Assembly (NCBI RefSeq): GCF_963921235.1
Contig: NC_086101.1
Span: 11,534,001-11,598,000 of the forward strand
From: Mobula hypostoma
Taxonomy: Eukaryota
Length of the DNA stretch: 64,000 nucleotides
Direction: 5' to 3'
A program made the translations under genes and the position numbers. This document shows positions 61,017 through 64,000 of the stretch, in pieces (the first letter of the stretch is position 1; each line of letters starts with the position of its first letter). The notes below the pieces were generated by a model, which was given only the letters and a program-made list of their open reading frames with translations, was not told where the DNA came from and searched no databases.

Positions 61017-61546
61017 TTACAGACCCAGAGTGGGACTGGAACAGCTTCTCAGCCAATTTTCGTCCCCATTCCAAAAAAGAGGATAAAGTTTCTCGGTGAA
61101 TTTATTCCCAGTGAAGGTGTAGAGATGAGACTTGGTCTCCACATTGTAAAATGAAACTGACCCGGATGTATAACTGAGATAAATTCCCACCCTCTGGGGG
61201 ATGGCACCAGCAAGAAGACAGGGCTGAGAAGAGCTGTTTACATAAAAATAGTCATCATACCGCCAGATGGTCCAGAATCCATTTTCTGGTATTAGTTCAA
61301 GCCGTGCCTGTCTCTCCACAGACTCTGGAACAACTCCTAAACCCCAACGCCGACACCCTGCCGCATCCACCTCCCAGTAATGCCTCCCCGATGTAAATCC
61401 CTCCAATCCCAGCACACAAGATCGGCCTGTAAACCTCTTCCTGGAATCAGGAAGATTTCTCCAGTTCCCGGTGTATCTCACGCTCTTTAAATCTGGAAGC
61501 ACTTCGAGCTTCGGACCGGCTGTTTCGACATCCAGAGTCACAGCAA
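61017..61546 (-). CDS. TRIM-C terminal exon, PRY-SPRY (530 nt); upstream exons not in window
   Basis: ttgcAG|VAVTLDVETAGPKLEV...GRHYWEV...LYPLFW...LGL*; same length as TRIM-B exon 6, with homologous intron and 3' UTR. Confidence 0.92.
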
Positions 61547-62020
61547 CTGCAAAGGGAGGGGGAGTGGGAGAGAAGCACAGAGTTAGAGAAACCGGGGGAT
61601 CAGGGGTAGGGGGAGGAGACTCCGCCAGCGCAGGTTTTCTCAAAACAAACAAGTTTGAAAGAATGGAGTGGACACTAAAGGAGAAGGATTTGGCATTGAT
61701 CCATTCCCACTGTTTTGTTTCAGTGGGAACATATGATCACGGGGGTGACAGAGACAGGGAGAATGTCTGAACTTGTGCGCTGACAGGCATTAGTCATCTG
61801 TCTGTGTCAACATGTTCATGTCTGCTGCTGTATGCCTGGTCTGCAGCCATCTCGAAACACCTTGGCACTGGGCCAAGACCAGGCACTATGAATTCAAAAG
61901 GCACCCCACATTAAATGAGATCTCACACAGCTTTCTTCCGCTAACAGGCCAGAACTTAAACTCAATTAAATGCATTAACTCAATTTTACTTTTAAGGCCA
62001 CTATGATTCACACTCCTCCC

Positions 62021-64000
62021 CAGTGGCGTATCTAAGGTATGGCAGGAATGGCATGTGCCCTGGGCACCACTTGAACAGGGGGCATCACTAAGCAGTTTCT
62101 ATTAAAGTCAGACAAGCCATCCTCAGATAGTGAAAAAAGAATTTTCTTCAGATGTATGATCTGTCTTTATCATGGGTGAGAAGCACTAGGATGGCCTTAT
62201 TTCAGAGCATTGTGTAAGAAGACCATGAAATGTTTCTTCACGAAGAAGGAAAGTGGAGCTGAAGGACGGAAGAGACGAAAGTTGGAGGTGGATGAAGCCA
62301 AGAAATTGAGCAAGTTCTTCATGCCCTTCTTTGAAAAGCCCAGAACAAGTAGTTCGACATGTTCAATGGAGTTGCCTGCACCTGCTACAAGTTTGTTAGA
62401 ATCCGAAGGTGGATCAAGTACAAATGCATCACAAACCGAGGAGGAAGTCAGGTCAGATAAATCTGAGTATGATGAGATTAAGAGTGAGGCTGCCACAGAG
62501 AACGTGGACATGACAGGAGGGGAAGACGATGGTGGTGGTGGTGGTCTTGAGTATATTGATGAGATTTTACCTGATGTGATTGAACCTGACGACACTGAAC
62601 CTCGTGAACTGGATGGTGTCAAAGAGTCTCAAACTGTCATAGCAAAGTGATTGAACAGCATGACATTGGATTTCTGAAGTTCGACAAGGATACTGGAAAA
62701 GCAATTCTGCCTGACGCATTGAGAACAGAAATAATAAAGCCGGGTTTGAAGCATTTCCAGAACAGTGAGGGGTCTTTCCTACCGGCAAATAACCGCTCAA
62801 CGAACAAAACTTGGTTCAAGAGGAAATTGGGAAATGGTCGTGGTGAGGAAGTGACTCGCTCATGGCTGGTCTATTCCCCTTCTAAAGTCTGCATTTTGTA
62901 TCTGTTGTCTGTTCCATTCCCAGTCAGACCATCAATTCTCATTGGAGCTGGAAAGTGGATTCAACCAGTGGAAAGCACCTGAAAGGATTAGTGTTCATGA
63001 AAATGCCAAGAATCATCGGGAATGCTTCACACAGTGGAAAGAAATGGAAAGAAATTTAGCTGGAAACAGAGGAGTTATTCACGTGGTATTTGAGAAGAAA
63101 AAGCAGAAATGGCGTGATATCTTGACGAGATCCTTCACTGCATAAAATTCCTTGCGACTCAGAACCTGACTTTGCGAGGACACAGGGAGTTACTTCAGCT
63201 AGACGATGACTCCAGTGTGGGAAATTTCCTTGGCTTACTGAAAGTACTGGCCATCTTTGACCCTGTCATAAAAGAACACCTCACTCATTTGGAAAGTCAT
63301 CCTGGATCCACGTCTTATCTTTCACCAGGTGTCCAGAATGAATTCATCCACATGGTGGCATCCACTGTTCACCAGAGTTTACTGAGAAGCATTCGTAAAG
63401 CCAAGGACTATGGTCTCATGTTCAACTCGACCCCTGATGAGGCACACCGTGAGCAGATGTCAGAAGTAGTGAGGTATGTGGAAGTTGATTTTGAGAGGAA
63501 AGCAGTCCTTGTTAGAGAGTCCTTCCTTGGTTTTATCCAGATAAGCCAGAAGAATGCTGAGAGCTTGGTTGAAGACATCTTGAAACAGCTAGAGAAGGAT
63601 GGTGGAAGAATGATGGTCACGTTTTTTTGGACGAAGCTGTCCACGTGTTTTTCTCTCTTTCAACACAGTGCTGGGAAAAACTCAAAAACACCATGGCTAT
63701 GGTTGTTAAGCCAGAGTCTGAAACGAGGTGGAGTGCAAGGACAGAAGCACTGCAGACCGTCAACAAGTACCTTGAGGAGATACTTCAAGTTCTCCAGGAC
63801 ATGATAGACAATGAAAATGAGACCAGTCAAACAAGAAGTGACGCAAGGCAGCTGTACAACCGCATGTTGAGTTACGATTTTCTGATTTTGCTAGGATTTT
63901 GGAACAAGGTACTCATTCACATTGACCGTATTCAAAAGAGGCTGCAGGATCCTAGCATGAACTTCCACGATGCTGCCCTGGATTTGAAAGCCCTCCAAGA
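62021..64000 (+). mobile_element. hAT (Tip100/ZMYM1-like) DNA transposon, decayed, in the last intron of TRIM-C
   Basis: Terminus CAGTGGCGTA; KESGAEGRKRRK, RSWLVYSPSK, HENAKNHREC (TTF-type zinc finger), RGH...GNFLGLL...YLSPGVQNEFI, STPDEAHREQMS, ETRWSAR; stops and frameshifts. Confidence 0.88.

Noticed and set aside
62210..63804. Host ZMYM1-like gene
   Set aside because: Intronless, disrupted by stops and frameshifts, and begins at a hAT terminus inside a TRIM intron.

Overview
Vertebrate genomic DNA, inferred to be a cartilaginous fish (shark or ray) from HE1-like V-SINEs, CR1 dominance and the style of the TRIM genes. The host content is a minus-strand tandem cluster of RING/B-box/coiled-coil/PRY-SPRY TRIM genes. 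TRIM-A has 6 coding exons (14622 to <1; frame open to the window edge). TRIM-B has 6 exons (40096-34567) and is intact except for a +1 insertion in an A7 run. Only the terminal exon of TRIM-C (61546-61017) is in the window. Most of the rest is nested mobile DNA: CR1, Rex1/Babar, Dong/R4, L1, Penelope-like, Sushi-type Gypsy, solo LTRs, Sola-like, Tc1, hAT and SINEs. Two signals stand out. First, an in-phase U_UUA_AAC slippery heptamer sits at the CR1 ORF1 stop and leads into an ATG-less -1-frame ORF2; it recurs in divergent copies and is a candidate programmed ribosomal frameshift. Second, Penelope-like termini carry minimal hammerhead ribozyme motifs, and one short insertion starts at the predicted self-cleavage site. 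All calls were made by eye, with no database searches. Old-repeat boundaries are approximate.
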